Positions 7,778 to 17,764 of a stretch of 64,000 nucleotides of DNA are shown piece after piece. The stretch is from Flavobacteriales bacterium UBA958 (GTDB taxonomy: Bacteria > Bacteroidota > Bacteroidia > Flavobacteriales_D > Crocinitomicaceae), in the NCBI GenBank assembly GCA_002293045.1, contig DBCM01000070.1, forward strand, positions 14,139 to 78,138, given 5' to 3'. Position 1 is the first letter of the stretch, and every line of letters begins with the position of its first letter. The notes beneath the pieces were generated by a model. That model made no database searches, was not told where the DNA came from, and saw only the letters and a program-made list of their open reading frames with translations. The translations under genes and the position numbers were made by a program.

Positions 7778-8932
7778 TTACCAAAGTGGTCCTCCAGCAT
7801 TCACTCGATCTTTCAATAGGGCGTTTGGTCGATACCGGTCTTCGCCGTATCGTTCATACAAGGAATTCAATTGCGCCAAGATTTCGGAAGGACCAATTTC
7901 TTCGGACCAAGCCAGCAATCCCTTCGGATAGTTTACCCCTTTCATCATGGCTAAATCCACATCGCTTGGGGAGGCCACCTGCATGAGCACCGCATCGTAC
8001 GCTTCGTTGATTAACATCGCAAAAACGCGCTTAAAAATCACCTGATGCAAGGCTTCGTCGGGTGTTGGATTGCTCCGATCCATCGAATAATCATAAAACC
8101 CACGTCCCGTTTTACGGCCATAAAGGCCTGCTTCTTTTAATCGTTTTTGAGTAAAGGAAGGTTTAAACCGAGGATCATAGTAAAACGCTTCGAACACCGT
8201 TTCCGTGACCGTATAATTCACATCATTTCCAATGTAATCCATCAATTCAAAGGGTCCCATTTTAAAGCCCCCAATGGAAGTCATTGCATAATCAATGGTT
8301 ACAAAATCTGCCAATCCCTCTTCATAGATTCGTAACGCTTCTCCATAAAATGGTCTTGCTACACGATTTACAATAAATCCAGGGGTGTCTTTGCAAAGGG
8401 CCACGGTTTTACCCATGGCTAGAATGATCTCTTGCGCCTGCGCAACCACTGCTTCGTGAGTTAAAACACTTGGAATAATTTCCACCAATGGCATCAAGGT
8501 CGCCGGATTAAAAAAGTGGATTCCTAGAAAACGTTCCGGTTGTTTTAAGGCACTCGAAATCGATGCAATAGAAAGCGAGGAAGTATTCGATGCAAGGATA
8601 CACGCTGGAGAAACTAACCCCTCCAAGGCCTTGAATACCTCATGCTTAACCGTTAAATTTTCTACGATGGCTTCGATGACTAAGTCTGCGTGTTGTGCGG
8701 CATCCAAGTGATTCACAAACTGTATGCGACCCAATATGGCCTCATATGAGGTGGCGTCAATTTTCCCTTTTTCCAATAAGGTTGTTAGCGATTTGTTTAT
8801 CCCTGCTTGTGCCTTACTTAATTGATCGGATGAAAGGTCGTACAACCACGTTTCAAACCCTTTTTGTGCGGCTAATTGGGCAATTCCTGCGCCCATGGTG
8901 CCTGCACCAACAACAAATATTCGTTTAGTCAT
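7778..8932 (-). CDS. 3-hydroxyacyl-CoA dehydrogenase (PaaH-like)
   Basis: 384 aa. N-terminal Rossmann VVGAGTMGAGIAQ, HFFNPA motif and a C-terminal 3HCDH dimerisation repeat. Overlaps the upstream enoyl-CoA hydratase stop by 1 nt. Confidence 0.85.
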   Translation of the reverse strand: MTKRIFVVGAGTMGAGIAQLAAQKGFETWLYDLSSDQLSKAQAGINKSLTTLLEKGKIDATSYEAILGRIQFVNHLDAAQHADLVIEAIVENLTVKHEVFKALEGLVSPACILASNTSSLSIASISSALKQPERFLGIHFFNPATLMPLVEIIPSVLTHEAVVAQAQEIILAMGKTVALCKDTPGFIVNRVARPFYGEALRIYEEGLADFVTIDYAMTSIGGFKMGPFELMDYIGNDVNYTVTETVFEAFYYDPRFKPSFTQKRLKEAGLYGRKTGRGFYDYSMDRSNPTPDEALHQVIFKRVFAMLINEAYDAVLMQVASPSDVDLAMMKGVNYPKGLLAWSEEIGPSEILAQLNSLYERYGEDRYRPNALLKDRVNAGGPLW

Positions 8933-9705
8933 TACTTTCCTGTAAAATTTGGTTTTCGTTTCTCTAAAAAGGCTTGCACCCCTTCGTTAAAATCTGCGGT
9001 ATTCCCTGCTTCCACTTGTAAATTCAATTCGGTATCTAATTGTTCATCCAAGGATTGAAACCAACTCAGTTGTACTGCTTTTTTGGTCAAGGCAAGGGCT
9101 TTGGTTGGCATGCTTGCGATCTGTGTTACGAAGTCGGTGGTGAAGGTCTCGTAGGAATCTGCAGGAACTGCCTTAAAAATCATATTCATTTGTTCGGCTT
9201 CTTTGGCACTCACCTTATCGCCCGTCATCATCAAGGCTAAGGCTTTTTGCGATCCGATCAAGCGAGGAAGAAAATAAGTGCCTCCGGAATCTGGAATTAA
9301 TCCGATTTTCGAGAAGGCTTGAATGAAACTCGCGTGTTCATGGGCAATCACCACATCACAGGCCAGGGCGATATTCGCTCCTGCACCCGCTGCAACCCCA
9401 TTCACTAGGGCGATCACTGGTTTTTCTAACGCTACAATCTGACGGATAATTGGGTTGTAATGTTCGGAAAGGATGGTTTCTAATCCAGGTCCATTAGGAT
9501 CAACTGCTTCGCCGAGGTCTTGCCCAGCGCTGAACGCCTTTCCATTCCCTGATATAACCACAGCTCGAACTTGCTCTGTACTCGCTGCTTCGGCTAAACA
9601 CGATTGCATTTGAAGCGCCATGCTTCGGTTAAAGGCGTTGTACACTTCCGGTCGATTGAGTTTAATCCACGCAATGCCTTGGTTAATTTCAAATAGTATT
9701 TCCAT
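8932..9705 (-). CDS. enoyl-CoA hydratase/isomerase family protein (PaaG/PaaF-like)
   Basis: 257 aa. Crotonase-fold motifs NRPEVYNAF, GKAFSAGQDL, ALVNGVAAGAGANIALACD. Confidence 0.85.
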   Translation of the reverse strand: MEILFEINQGIAWIKLNRPEVYNAFNRSMALQMQSCLAEAASTEQVRAVVISGNGKAFSAGQDLGEAVDPNGPGLETILSEHYNPIIRQIVALEKPVIALVNGVAAGAGANIALACDVVIAHEHASFIQAFSKIGLIPDSGGTYFLPRLIGSQKALALMMTGDKVSAKEAEQMNMIFKAVPADSYETFTTDFVTQIASMPTKALALTKKAVQLSWFQSLDEQLDTELNLQVEAGNTADFNEGVQAFLEKRKPNFTGK

Positions 9706-10699
9706 TTTTATCTATTAAAGTCTGTTTACTAATACGTTCGTTCCAAGTTTGAATCAAGTGGGGTGGGGTTAAAATACGAATCTCCCCTATAAAACCAAAT
9801 AGGGCTCTAATTAGTTCCTCGTTGATTTGTACGGTTAAGGCAAAGCGATTCGAACCAATTTTCTCTTGAGAAAAATGCAAGGGCTGAGATTCAATATACT
9901 TGGCAGCGATTTCATTCGCCTCCAATTCAATCCGTTCTGCTGCTTTTTTTTCGGTAGTGATTCCAATGGTTTCCGCAAAAAAGGTACTCGGATTAAAGGC
10001 GTCCTTAAGCACGTGGTGGGTATCGCTCACCTCTACCCCCTCCATTCGTTCTAGCGCATAGGTTATCCAATCGGATTTCTCAAAATCAAAGGTTATCAAG
10101 TACCACCGGTTGCGGTATTCTTTAAGATACACGGGTACAACCTTTCTAGGTTTTGCGATGCCGGATTTAAACGAGGCATAACTAAAGGTGCAAATCTTTT
10201 TTTCTTGAATGGCAGATAAGAGCAAGGGAAGCCATTGATTGCCTGCTGAGGCATAGGCTGTTTCAAACCCAATAAATGCATTGGGTTCTTGTCCGTCGGT
10301 ACCTGCAACCGCTACCCGCGTAGCAATCTTATCAATTGCACTTCCAAATTCTTTGAAATAGGGTACTTCTTGAAATTGCTGTAAGGTTTGAACCGCAAAC
10401 CGAATGGATTCCAGTTCGTCTTCAGAAAGGGGAATATCGTTAATGGTATACTCGGGGTCCTCATAAAAATAGCCTTCGTATTTTCGGCTATACTTGATGG
10501 GCGCATCGTGTTCCATCCGCATGGCAAACAAATCCTTTTCAATGGTAGAATCACAGATATGTTCTCCATAGGTTGAACCAAATAAGGATTCTTCACAGGC
10601 CTCTCGTAAATCACCTTTACTCGGGTATGGCTTGTAGGGATTTCTTATCATTCGATCAATAATTCGAAAGCGGATGAGGGCGTTTTTAATGTGCGGCAT
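9689..10699 (-). CDS. WYL-domain transcriptional regulator (N-terminal wHTH)
   Basis: 336 aa. N-terminal IRFRIIDRMIRN..YPSKGDL resembles the HTH of Bacteroidota WYL regulators. Central RNRWYLITFD is a WYL motif. Overlaps the downstream paaG-like gene by 17 nt. Confidence 0.6.
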   Translation of the reverse strand: MPHIKNALIRFRIIDRMIRNPYKPYPSKGDLREACEESLFGSTYGEHICDSTIEKDLFAMRMEHDAPIKYSRKYEGYFYEDPEYTINDIPLSEDELESIRFAVQTLQQFQEVPYFKEFGSAIDKIATRVAVAGTDGQEPNAFIGFETAYASAGNQWLPLLLSAIQEKKICTFSYASFKSGIAKPRKVVPVYLKEYRNRWYLITFDFEKSDWITYALERMEGVEVSDTHHVLKDAFNPSTFFAETIGITTEKKAAERIELEANEIAAKYIESQPLHFSQEKIGSNRFALTVQINEELIRALFGFIGEIRILTPPHLIQTWNERISKQTLIDKNGNTI

Positions 10700-10702
10700 G
10701 CC

Positions 10703-12106
10703 TTAGGCTTTGCTGTACCCGAAGAGTTCGAAAAATTTAATAGCTTGCGCTGCTTCATACGGCACATCCTCTTCCCAATTTTTTGCTCCAGCTTTAATTT
10801 TACTCAACACATCATCCGACATGATGTGGAGGTTTTTGTCATTAAACTGTTTAATGGGGGTGATTTTATCATTCTGTACCATAAAATCCATCAAGCCTTT
10901 CAGGTGTGCTGGCAACTCCATATTGTACATATCGAGTAATGCCCCTGATTCTACATCGATTGCAGGGTAAACGTAGAGTTTTACATTATGCCCAAACCCT
11001 CTTCCAAAGGCTTCCAATAGTCCACCTGGAAGATTATCATAATATCGTTCGTCGAAAATCGTGCTTAGATTATATACCCCTAGAATCACTCCCATGAATT
11101 GTCCTTTCGCAATGGCAGAAAGATATTCTACCATTTTATAATGTTTCAAGTAATTTGAAATCATCACCGTATAGCCAAGGGAACTTAACAATTCGGCTCG
11201 ATCTAGGAAATCTTTATCAGAAATTTTTCCGTCTGCTGTAAGGTCTTTCAAGGTGAGCTCAAAGATTACTTCTACGTTGGTGTGTTTTACCCGCGGGTCT
11301 TGCAGAAAACAAACTTTTCCGTTCTCAATCATGTCTACGTGAACGTGTGTAACTGGACGAAATCTGCCCCGCATCAGTAGGATATTCTTTTTATAAAGGG
11401 CAGTAGCAGGCTGAAGTACATTCTTTGCTAAATCAAACATGGTGGCGTCGGTGATTCCTTTACGCACCAAACTTAAGGCAATCATGCGGTTGTCTATATC
11501 TTCAAAATCTGGACCCGTGAACCGCAACATGTCGATTTCCATGCGCTCCCGAGGAAGCCGAGACACCAAAGAGTTTACAAATTCTTCGTGATCTTTCGAT
11601 TGATAAAACGCGCCGTAAATTAGGTTAACCCCTAAAATCCCCAGCGCTTCTTGTTGTGCTTTATTGGAGATGTCATGCATTTTAACATGCAAAATAATCT
11701 CATTAAACGGACCACCAATAGTAGCTTGAAAGCGAAGACCGACCCATCCTTGGCCTTGGTTAGTTTTATGGTAATTTAAGGATTCAACGGTATTACAAAA
11801 CGCAAAGAACCGAGACTCTTTATTTTTTTGTGGAAGTATTTTCATGAGCTGGTCGCACTCTGCGCCAAGCATGGTTAACAAGCGTTCTTCACACACATAG
11901 CGTTTGGCGGCCCCGTACATGGCATCTGAAACCTTCATGTCATACGCAGAATGGGTAAACGCAATCGTACCTGAACTTCCGCCAGCTTTAAAGAAATTCG
12001 CCGCAACTTCTTGACCGGCACCAATCTCGGCAAAACACCCGTAAATATCTTTGGTTAAATTGACTTTGAGGGCTTTGTCCTCTGTGGTTATTTTATCCAA
12101 CATCAA
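10703..12106 (-). CDS. conserved hypothetical protein (function unknown)
   Basis: 467-aa ORF with non-repetitive, soluble-looking sequence (FAEIGAGQEVAANFFKAGGSSGTIA..., LLMRGRFRPVTHVHVDMIE). I cannot place it in a named family. It lies in a tight co-directional array: a 4-nt overlap with the upstream gene and a 3-nt gap to the WYL gene. Confidence 0.6.
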   Translation of the reverse strand: MMLDKITTEDKALKVNLTKDIYGCFAEIGAGQEVAANFFKAGGSSGTIAFTHSAYDMKVSDAMYGAAKRYVCEERLLTMLGAECDQLMKILPQKNKESRFFAFCNTVESLNYHKTNQGQGWVGLRFQATIGGPFNEIILHVKMHDISNKAQQEALGILGVNLIYGAFYQSKDHEEFVNSLVSRLPRERMEIDMLRFTGPDFEDIDNRMIALSLVRKGITDATMFDLAKNVLQPATALYKKNILLMRGRFRPVTHVHVDMIENGKVCFLQDPRVKHTNVEVIFELTLKDLTADGKISDKDFLDRAELLSSLGYTVMISNYLKHYKMVEYLSAIAKGQFMGVILGVYNLSTIFDERYYDNLPGGLLEAFGRGFGHNVKLYVYPAIDVESGALLDMYNMELPAHLKGLMDFMVQNDKITPIKQFNDKNLHIMSDDVLSKIKAGAKNWEEDVPYEAAQAIKFFELFGYSKA

Positions 12107-13170
12107 TTAGGATCTCTAAATGCTGGGTTATTAATGAATGAATTATCCGTAAGTGTCATTAGGAATTTCTTTAACAAGTACTTTTCTTGTGCATCCAATT
12201 GTACACCTCCTTGATTAGAAAACTCAATCAAAGGATCTATGGTTGGGGAAGTATGAATACCAGAGGAATAGTGTTCGATTACCTCATCCAAGGTACTAAA
12301 GCGTCCATCGTGCATGTAAGGCGCAGAAAGTGCAATGTTTCGTAAAGTTGGCACCTTGAATTTGCCGTGGTCATTGGAGTTATTTGTTATTGCTCCACGC
12401 CCTAAATCCAAAAATGAAAAGTCTAACCCATTGTTACTAAACTTCGCAACACGCATGAGCGGGCCGTTGTGACAATGAAAACAGTCTGCACCGTTAAGGC
12501 TTTTAAATAAGTCGTAGCCAGCCCATTCCTCTGCTTCAATACTAACGGCTTGTTCTGAGGCGCTAAGCGGTTTATTGTTTTCAATTTTGTACATGATATC
12601 AAACTTGCTGCTGCCAGAAATCATGGTTCGAATGAATTGGGCTATTGCTTTTGCGACATGCGTGGAATCAAAATTATCTACGCCGAAAGCCTTATAAAAT
12701 TGATTGCGGTAGTAGGTATCCTTTTTGAGTTTTAAAATGGCATTTTTCCAAGACTGGTGCATTTCGATAGGGTTGGGAACAGGCTCAAGTATCTGCTCTT
12801 CAAGAGACGTTGCACTACCGTCCCAAAAGAAAAAAGAATCCCAACCTAAATTAATCAAGGCCATCGCATTTCGCGTACCCTTGAAACCATCAATCCCCGT
12901 TGAGTATTTTGAGGAATCAGAAAAGGATGTTTCTGGCGTGTGGCAGCTCCCGCAACTCATTTGATCATTGCCACTCAACCGTTTTTCGTAGAATAAAAAC
13001 CTGCCGAGTTCCACACCTTCAACAGTCATTGGGTTATCCGCAGGAATATTCATATCAGGGAAATGTGATGGAATATTCAATTGGTATGGAGTAGGTTTAT
13101 ACCCCACTTTGTCCTTACCGCAGGAGCTTACAACACTTAGTCCAAGTAAAATGAATAAGATCCGAATCAT
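12103..13170 (-). CDS. di-heme cytochrome c peroxidase family (MauG/MbnH-like), lipoprotein
   Basis: Two CxxCH motifs (CGSCH, CFHCH). PTLRNIALSAPYMHDG is a typical CCP/MauG motif. Lipobox LSVVSSC. Confidence 0.85.
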   Translation of the reverse strand: MIRILFILLGLSVVSSCGKDKVGYKPTPYQLNIPSHFPDMNIPADNPMTVEGVELGRFLFYEKRLSGNDQMSCGSCHTPETSFSDSSKYSTGIDGFKGTRNAMALINLGWDSFFFWDGSATSLEEQILEPVPNPIEMHQSWKNAILKLKKDTYYRNQFYKAFGVDNFDSTHVAKAIAQFIRTMISGSSKFDIMYKIENNKPLSASEQAVSIEAEEWAGYDLFKSLNGADCFHCHNGPLMRVAKFSNNGLDFSFLDLGRGAITNNSNDHGKFKVPTLRNIALSAPYMHDGRFSTLDEVIEHYSSGIHTSPTIDPLIEFSNQGGVQLDAQEKYLLKKFLMTLTDNSFINNPAFRDPN

Positions 13171-13916
13171 TGTGGTTGAAGCGCATTTTTAAAATTAATG
13201 GTGACTTTTTGTGTTAGCGGGCCTAAACCTGCACCTGAATGAGTAAACGATTCATTGGGAATATCTATCGGCTGTTGAGGATTGAAAAAGAAAGACTCCA
13301 TATCAAGCTTTAAAAACAAACTGTGTTCATTTGTTCCTGTTTTAGTCCATGATAAATTTGAAAAAGTCATTGCCTGTTGATACCAGTCCGTTCCAACATG
13401 ATAACTGTAGCTAAGGTCGAAATTATCAACCCCATCGTTTAATGTATCGGCTTTTCCTTCAACGCTGATAAAAATATATCCAGTATTCCACCCCCAATGC
13501 ATGGAGCCAGAATTTATTATGTTTAAAGGACTATTGTTTGGAAAGGCGGATGGGTCATCGTGGTTTAAGGAGGTGTCTACCCCTAAAATGAATGAAAGGG
13601 ATGGAAATTTTGAATAGTCCCCCTCCTGTTCAATCATTACATTTCCTTTTTCCCTGTAATCAAAGTATCCTACCTCTGCGAATGTGTTATTTCCATTGGT
13701 CATTAGCGTAGTAAAAAACTTAATGTCTGAAATTTTTATTCGAATACCGTTTGGTCCCTGATAGATTGAGTCTAAATATAATGGATACTGGCCATAAGTT
13801 GGATTAACCAAGATCCTTGCTTGGCTAACGGGTTCATTGGGCTCAGGGATTGGGTCTGGTTTACAAGAAACAAGTATAGCTATAATTATGAACGGAAATA
13901 AAATGTTTTTAACCAT
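13167..13916 (-). CDS. MbnP-like lipoprotein (partner of the MbnH-like di-heme enzyme)
   Basis: 249 aa with lipobox ILVSC. Size and position immediately upstream of, and overlapping, a MauG/MbnH-like gene match the MbnP-MbnH arrangement. The sequence itself is not recognised with certainty. Confidence 0.45.
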   Translation of the reverse strand: MVKNILFPFIIIAILVSCKPDPIPEPNEPVSQARILVNPTYGQYPLYLDSIYQGPNGIRIKISDIKFFTTLMTNGNNTFAEVGYFDYREKGNVMIEQEGDYSKFPSLSFILGVDTSLNHDDPSAFPNNSPLNIINSGSMHWGWNTGYIFISVEGKADTLNDGVDNFDLSYSYHVGTDWYQQAMTFSNLSWTKTGTNEHSLFLKLDMESFFFNPQQPIDIPNESFTHSGAGLGPLTQKVTINFKNALQPQ

Positions 13917-13976
13917 AAGTACAAAATTACACTTTTTGACCTTAAATTTAACGTCCCGATAAATAAATTTAACCCT

Positions 13977-16900
13977 TTGAAAAAAACAAATAAAAAGTCT
14001 CGTCCGCTCCTAGTGCTCAACGCATCAGCGGGAAGTGGAAAAACCTATCGCCTCGTTTTGCAATACCTCACCTTGCTCTTTGAAGCACCTGGCAGTGGTA
14101 AATACCGGCATTTGGTCGCAATGACCTTTACCAACAAAGCCGCCTTTGAGATGAAGGAACGGATTTTACAGGCCCTACATGATATTTCCACGTATCAAGA
14201 GGGAGATGAGCGGACCTTAACATTAATCAAAACCTTAAGTGAAATGTTAGGACAGCCCGTCACCGTGTTTCCAGACCGGGCCACAGCAATTCTTTCTGAA
14301 ATTCTTCATGGATATGAAGATTTTTTGATCTCAACGATTGATAAATTCAACCTTCGTTTGATCCGATCCTTCAACCGAGACCTTAATTTACCCCAAGAAT
14401 TCGAAGTTATTTTAAACGAAACAGAAATTCTTGAAAAGGTCATTGATTCCATCCTTGCCAAAGTTGGAACACCAGGAAACGAAGCATTAACCGGGTTAAT
14501 TTCGAACTACACGAAAAAGAACTTAGAAGAGGAAACCCATTGGAATTTTCGCAATCAACTCATTGAATTTTGTGGAATTTTGTCCAAAGAGCGGTATATT
14601 GATTTAGTAGAATCTTTATTGGAGCAAGACTATCAAGAAGCGGACTTGCGAGAAGCAACAAGGCAGCAAGAAGTGCTTTTAAATGAGCTTATCCAGAAAG
14701 GCCTTCGAGTATCTAGCCTGTTTGAAGCATCGGGCTTAGCCGATGCACAATTACCGCAAAAAAGTAGAACATCAACTCCAATCCGTCGTCTTGGCACCTT
14801 GGTTCAATGGCCAGAGAAAGGCATTCTGACCGATACGGTGCTAAATTTATTGGATGAAGGAAAATATGAGGGAATTTTTTCAGCCGAGTTGATTCTTGCC
14901 CTAAACGAATTATTGGATTTTTATACCGACCAAACTGAAGCCTTTATAAAACTAAAATTCTACCGTGAAACCTTTTATAACCTCGCCTTACTTCAATACG
15001 TGGCTAAGGAAATGGATGTCATTAGGGAAAATGAACATTTTATACGAATTTCTGAATTTAATCGATTAATCAGTGGATTAGTGCAGCATCAGTACGCTCC
15101 ATACATCTACGAACGTCTCGGAAACAAGCTGCATCATTTCTTGTTGGATGAGTTTCAAGACACCTCTCGAATGCAGTGGTTAAATATGATTCCGCTGATT
15201 GAAGAATCCATTTCGAAAAATCAAAAGAACCTTATTGTTGGTGATGCAAAGCAATCCATATATCGATTCAATAATGGTCTTGCAGAGCAATTTGTAGCGC
15301 TACCACGTATTTATAATCCGGAAAATAATCCGCGAGTTGCGCGACAATCTGCCTATTTTGAAGAAATGGGTAGCCTTGAAGTGTTGGAAGACAATCACCG
15401 TTCTGGAAAATCTATTGTTGCGTTCAACAATCAACTTTTCGAAGCGAGTAAATCCCTGATTCCACTTGGATCTGAAGGTTTTTATAACTCGGTACACCAA
15501 AATGCGGTTAAACAATTTGAAGGATACGTGGAGGTGAAAAGTATGGATGCTAAACACTCAAGCATCGAGGCCTTTGAAGAACTCCTTAGAATCATTGAGC
15601 AGTGCGTAGCCGATGGCTTTAAGCCCGGAGATATCTGTATATTAAGTGAGAAAAACGACCAAGGAAATCGGATTGCGCAATACTTAACAGAGCAGCGATA
15701 CAAAGTGGTCTCTGCTGATTCTTTGCTGATTCATTCAGATGCTAGAATTCGCCTCGTGGTGTCGTATTTAAAGATCCGAAATAAAACTTCGAATCACAGA
15801 GAATTCATGAAGTTTGCCGACCTCTTTTTACGATTTACTATCCAAGACCCTGAATTGGCGTACTTAGCGCTGTTTGAGGTAGATGCTAGCGGGCGAAGAT
15901 TCTTCAGTATTAATCGTTTCATCAATACCTACTTTCATGAAGAGTCGCTGTTTTTTGTGAACTACACGAATTTATACGACCTCATTCAAAAGTTTTATGA
16001 CCTCATGGGATGGCAAGAAACCGCGGATGTTTATTTACATCACTTTGCAGACCTTTGTTTTAATTTTCAAATTGGTAGAAAGGTTGATTTAAACAGTTTC
16101 GTTGAATACTATGAAAAAAACCAGCACAAGTTGGCGATTCAGTTCCCTAAAACCAACGATGCGATTCAAATCATGACGATTCACAAATCGAAAGGACTAC
16201 AATTCCCTGTGGTTATTTTACCCAATGTGAATTTCTCAATCAGTGACACGATGTCTTATTATTTAATTCCAGGATCCGATCAAGTTTATTATAGAAAACT
16301 CAGCAAGAATAGTCCCCTTCAAGAGATACGAGATTTCTCTGAAAAGGAATCCAATCAGTTTTTTATGGACAAATTAAACTTGTTGTATGTTGCCATGACA
16401 CGGCCGATTCATCGGTTGTATGTATTTAACCTGTATGAATCCAATAAAATGGGTAAACCCTTGCATGACCTTTTGACAAGCACCTACCCGGAGCATGTAA
16501 CGGACGGGGTGTTGTCCCTTACTTTAGGTCAGGAAGAACTTGCCACTGGAGGCGGTGAAACAGATACGTTTTATCATCCGGAAGAATTTGGAGATCGATT
16601 ATGGTATCCGGAGCTTGTAGTTCGCCAAGGGTTTGACAGCGACCAAACCTTACTTGGAAAAGCTTTCCACCGCATCATGGCCACGTGTTCAACCGTCGAA
16701 GAGGTCCCAGATTTTATTCAACTCCTTGAAGATCAATCCGAAGTGTTAACAGAACACCGGGCAGTACTGTACGAAATGGCGGAGCGCATTTTTTCGGACA
16801 ATACCTATCGTACATGGATAGAAAACGCCATCACCATATACAGTGAACCTTGGATCATGACCCCTGAAGGAACCTTGGTTAGGCCAGACAAAATCATGGT

Positions 16901-17063
16901 CCAGGCCGATAAAATCATGGTCATTGACTTTAAAACAGGGAAACATCAAGCCGCACACAAGCTTCAACTAAGCGAGTATATGAACACTTTAAGTCAAATG
17001 ATGCCTCAGCCGGTAGAAGGGTATTTGTATTATTGTCAATCCGGGGAATGGATCGCCTCTTGA
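13977..17063 (+). CDS. UvrD/AddA-like ATP-dependent helicase with C-terminal PD-(D/E)xK nuclease-like region
   Basis: 1028 aa. Walker A ASAGSGKT, DEFQDTS (motif II), GDAKQSIYRFN, helicase C-terminal TIHKSKGLQFPVV, LLYVAMTRP, and a terminal VIDFKTGK nuclease-like motif. The start is a TTG in the track; a nearby in-frame GTG is an alternative. Confidence 0.8.
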   Translation: MKKTNKKSRPLLVLNASAGSGKTYRLVLQYLTLLFEAPGSGKYRHLVAMTFTNKAAFEMKERILQALHDISTYQEGDERTLTLIKTLSEMLGQPVTVFPDRATAILSEILHGYEDFLISTIDKFNLRLIRSFNRDLNLPQEFEVILNETEILEKVIDSILAKVGTPGNEALTGLISNYTKKNLEEETHWNFRNQLIEFCGILSKERYIDLVESLLEQDYQEADLREATRQQEVLLNELIQKGLRVSSLFEASGLADAQLPQKSRTSTPIRRLGTLVQWPEKGILTDTVLNLLDEGKYEGIFSAELILALNELLDFYTDQTEAFIKLKFYRETFYNLALLQYVAKEMDVIRENEHFIRISEFNRLISGLVQHQYAPYIYERLGNKLHHFLLDEFQDTSRMQWLNMIPLIEESISKNQKNLIVGDAKQSIYRFNNGLAEQFVALPRIYNPENNPRVARQSAYFEEMGSLEVLEDNHRSGKSIVAFNNQLFEASKSLIPLGSEGFYNSVHQNAVKQFEGYVEVKSMDAKHSSIEAFEELLRIIEQCVADGFKPGDICILSEKNDQGNRIAQYLTEQRYKVVSADSLLIHSDARIRLVVSYLKIRNKTSNHREFMKFADLFLRFTIQDPELAYLALFEVDASGRRFFSINRFINTYFHEESLFFVNYTNLYDLIQKFYDLMGWQETADVYLHHFADLCFNFQIGRKVDLNSFVEYYEKNQHKLAIQFPKTNDAIQIMTIHKSKGLQFPVVILPNVNFSISDTMSYYLIPGSDQVYYRKLSKNSPLQEIRDFSEKESNQFFMDKLNLLYVAMTRPIHRLYVFNLYESNKMGKPLHDLLTSTYPEHVTDGVLSLTLGQEELATGGGETDTFYHPEEFGDRLWYPELVVRQGFDSDQTLLGKAFHRIMATCSTVEEVPDFIQLLEDQSEVLTEHRAVLYEMAERIFSDNTYRTWIENAITIYSEPWIMTPEGTLVRPDKIMVQADKIMVIDFKTGKHQAAHKLQLSEYMNTLSQMMPQPVEGYLYYCQSGEWIAS

Positions 17064-17728
17064 TGCGCCATTGCCGCTTTAATGAAGGTATAGACGATTG
17101 GATGCGGTAAGTCCCGAGTAGAAGAAACCTGGGGGTAATAAGAAACCACCATAAAAAAGAAATGTGATTTTAAGCTTAAGGCTTCCGGATCGTCAAATTG
17201 GTTGACTGCTTCTATTTCTACGTGATTTGCCACTAAATCTAGCACAAAATTTGGATAAAGGCTGTAGCGAACTGCTGAAAGTTCATTGGTGGTAAAGTGG
17301 TCATAGAGCTTTTTAAATGCCTTGGATTTTGGAACCACGTAAATGGATTCGAAGTATGCGCCACTCACTAAATTATCAGAAATTAATTTGTCCCCTCGCG
17401 AATTCATCCCGTTTTTAGCAATTAAAAATTCCAGAAATAATCGGTAGGCTTCCCCTGTGGCTAACACGGGTTTATTCAACTGCGATAACCGGGAATAAAT
17501 GCCGTTTAAAAAGAATGGATTTAAATAGGGTCCTGGAGCAATCCAAAATGCATCATAGGTATCAAAAAAAGCAACCTTTTGCTGAGCAACCTCTTGAATT
17601 CTAATCCAATAATAAGACAGCTCAATATCGAGGAAGTTTGCCGCATGATCTAATGCTAAATTAGTTGCATGGTGTGCATTGAAGGTAAAATTGTAATCCC
17701 CAATTATTGCTATTTTCAACCGATCCAT
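17036..17728 (-). CDS. hypothetical protein, possibly a degenerate class I glutamine-amidotransferase-like fold
   Basis: I moved the start to M13 (MDRLKIAIIGDY) because the terminator hairpin at 17735-17760 would otherwise be coding. Layout resembles the CTP-synthase C-terminal GATase region, but I see no nucleophile Cys motif. Weak call. Confidence 0.4.
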   Translation of the reverse strand: MDRLKIAIIGDYNFTFNAHHATNLALDHAANFLDIELSYYWIRIQEVAQQKVAFFDTYDAFWIAPGPYLNPFFLNGIYSRLSQLNKPVLATGEAYRLFLEFLIAKNGMNSRGDKLISDNLVSGAYFESIYVVPKSKAFKKLYDHFTTNELSAVRYSLYPNFVLDLVANHVEIEAVNQFDDPEALSLKSHFFFMVVSYYPQVSSTRDLPHPIVYTFIKAAMAHQEAIHSPD

Positions 17729-17734
17729 ACTGTT

Positions 17735-17760
17735 AAAAAAAAATGCCGCAAATGCGGCAT
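17735..17760 (-). terminator. rho-independent terminator after the lipoprotein gene
   Basis: The minus strand reads ATGCCGCA-tt-TGCGGCAT (8-bp perfect stem) followed by T9. Confidence 0.7.
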
Positions 17761-17764
17761 TCAA

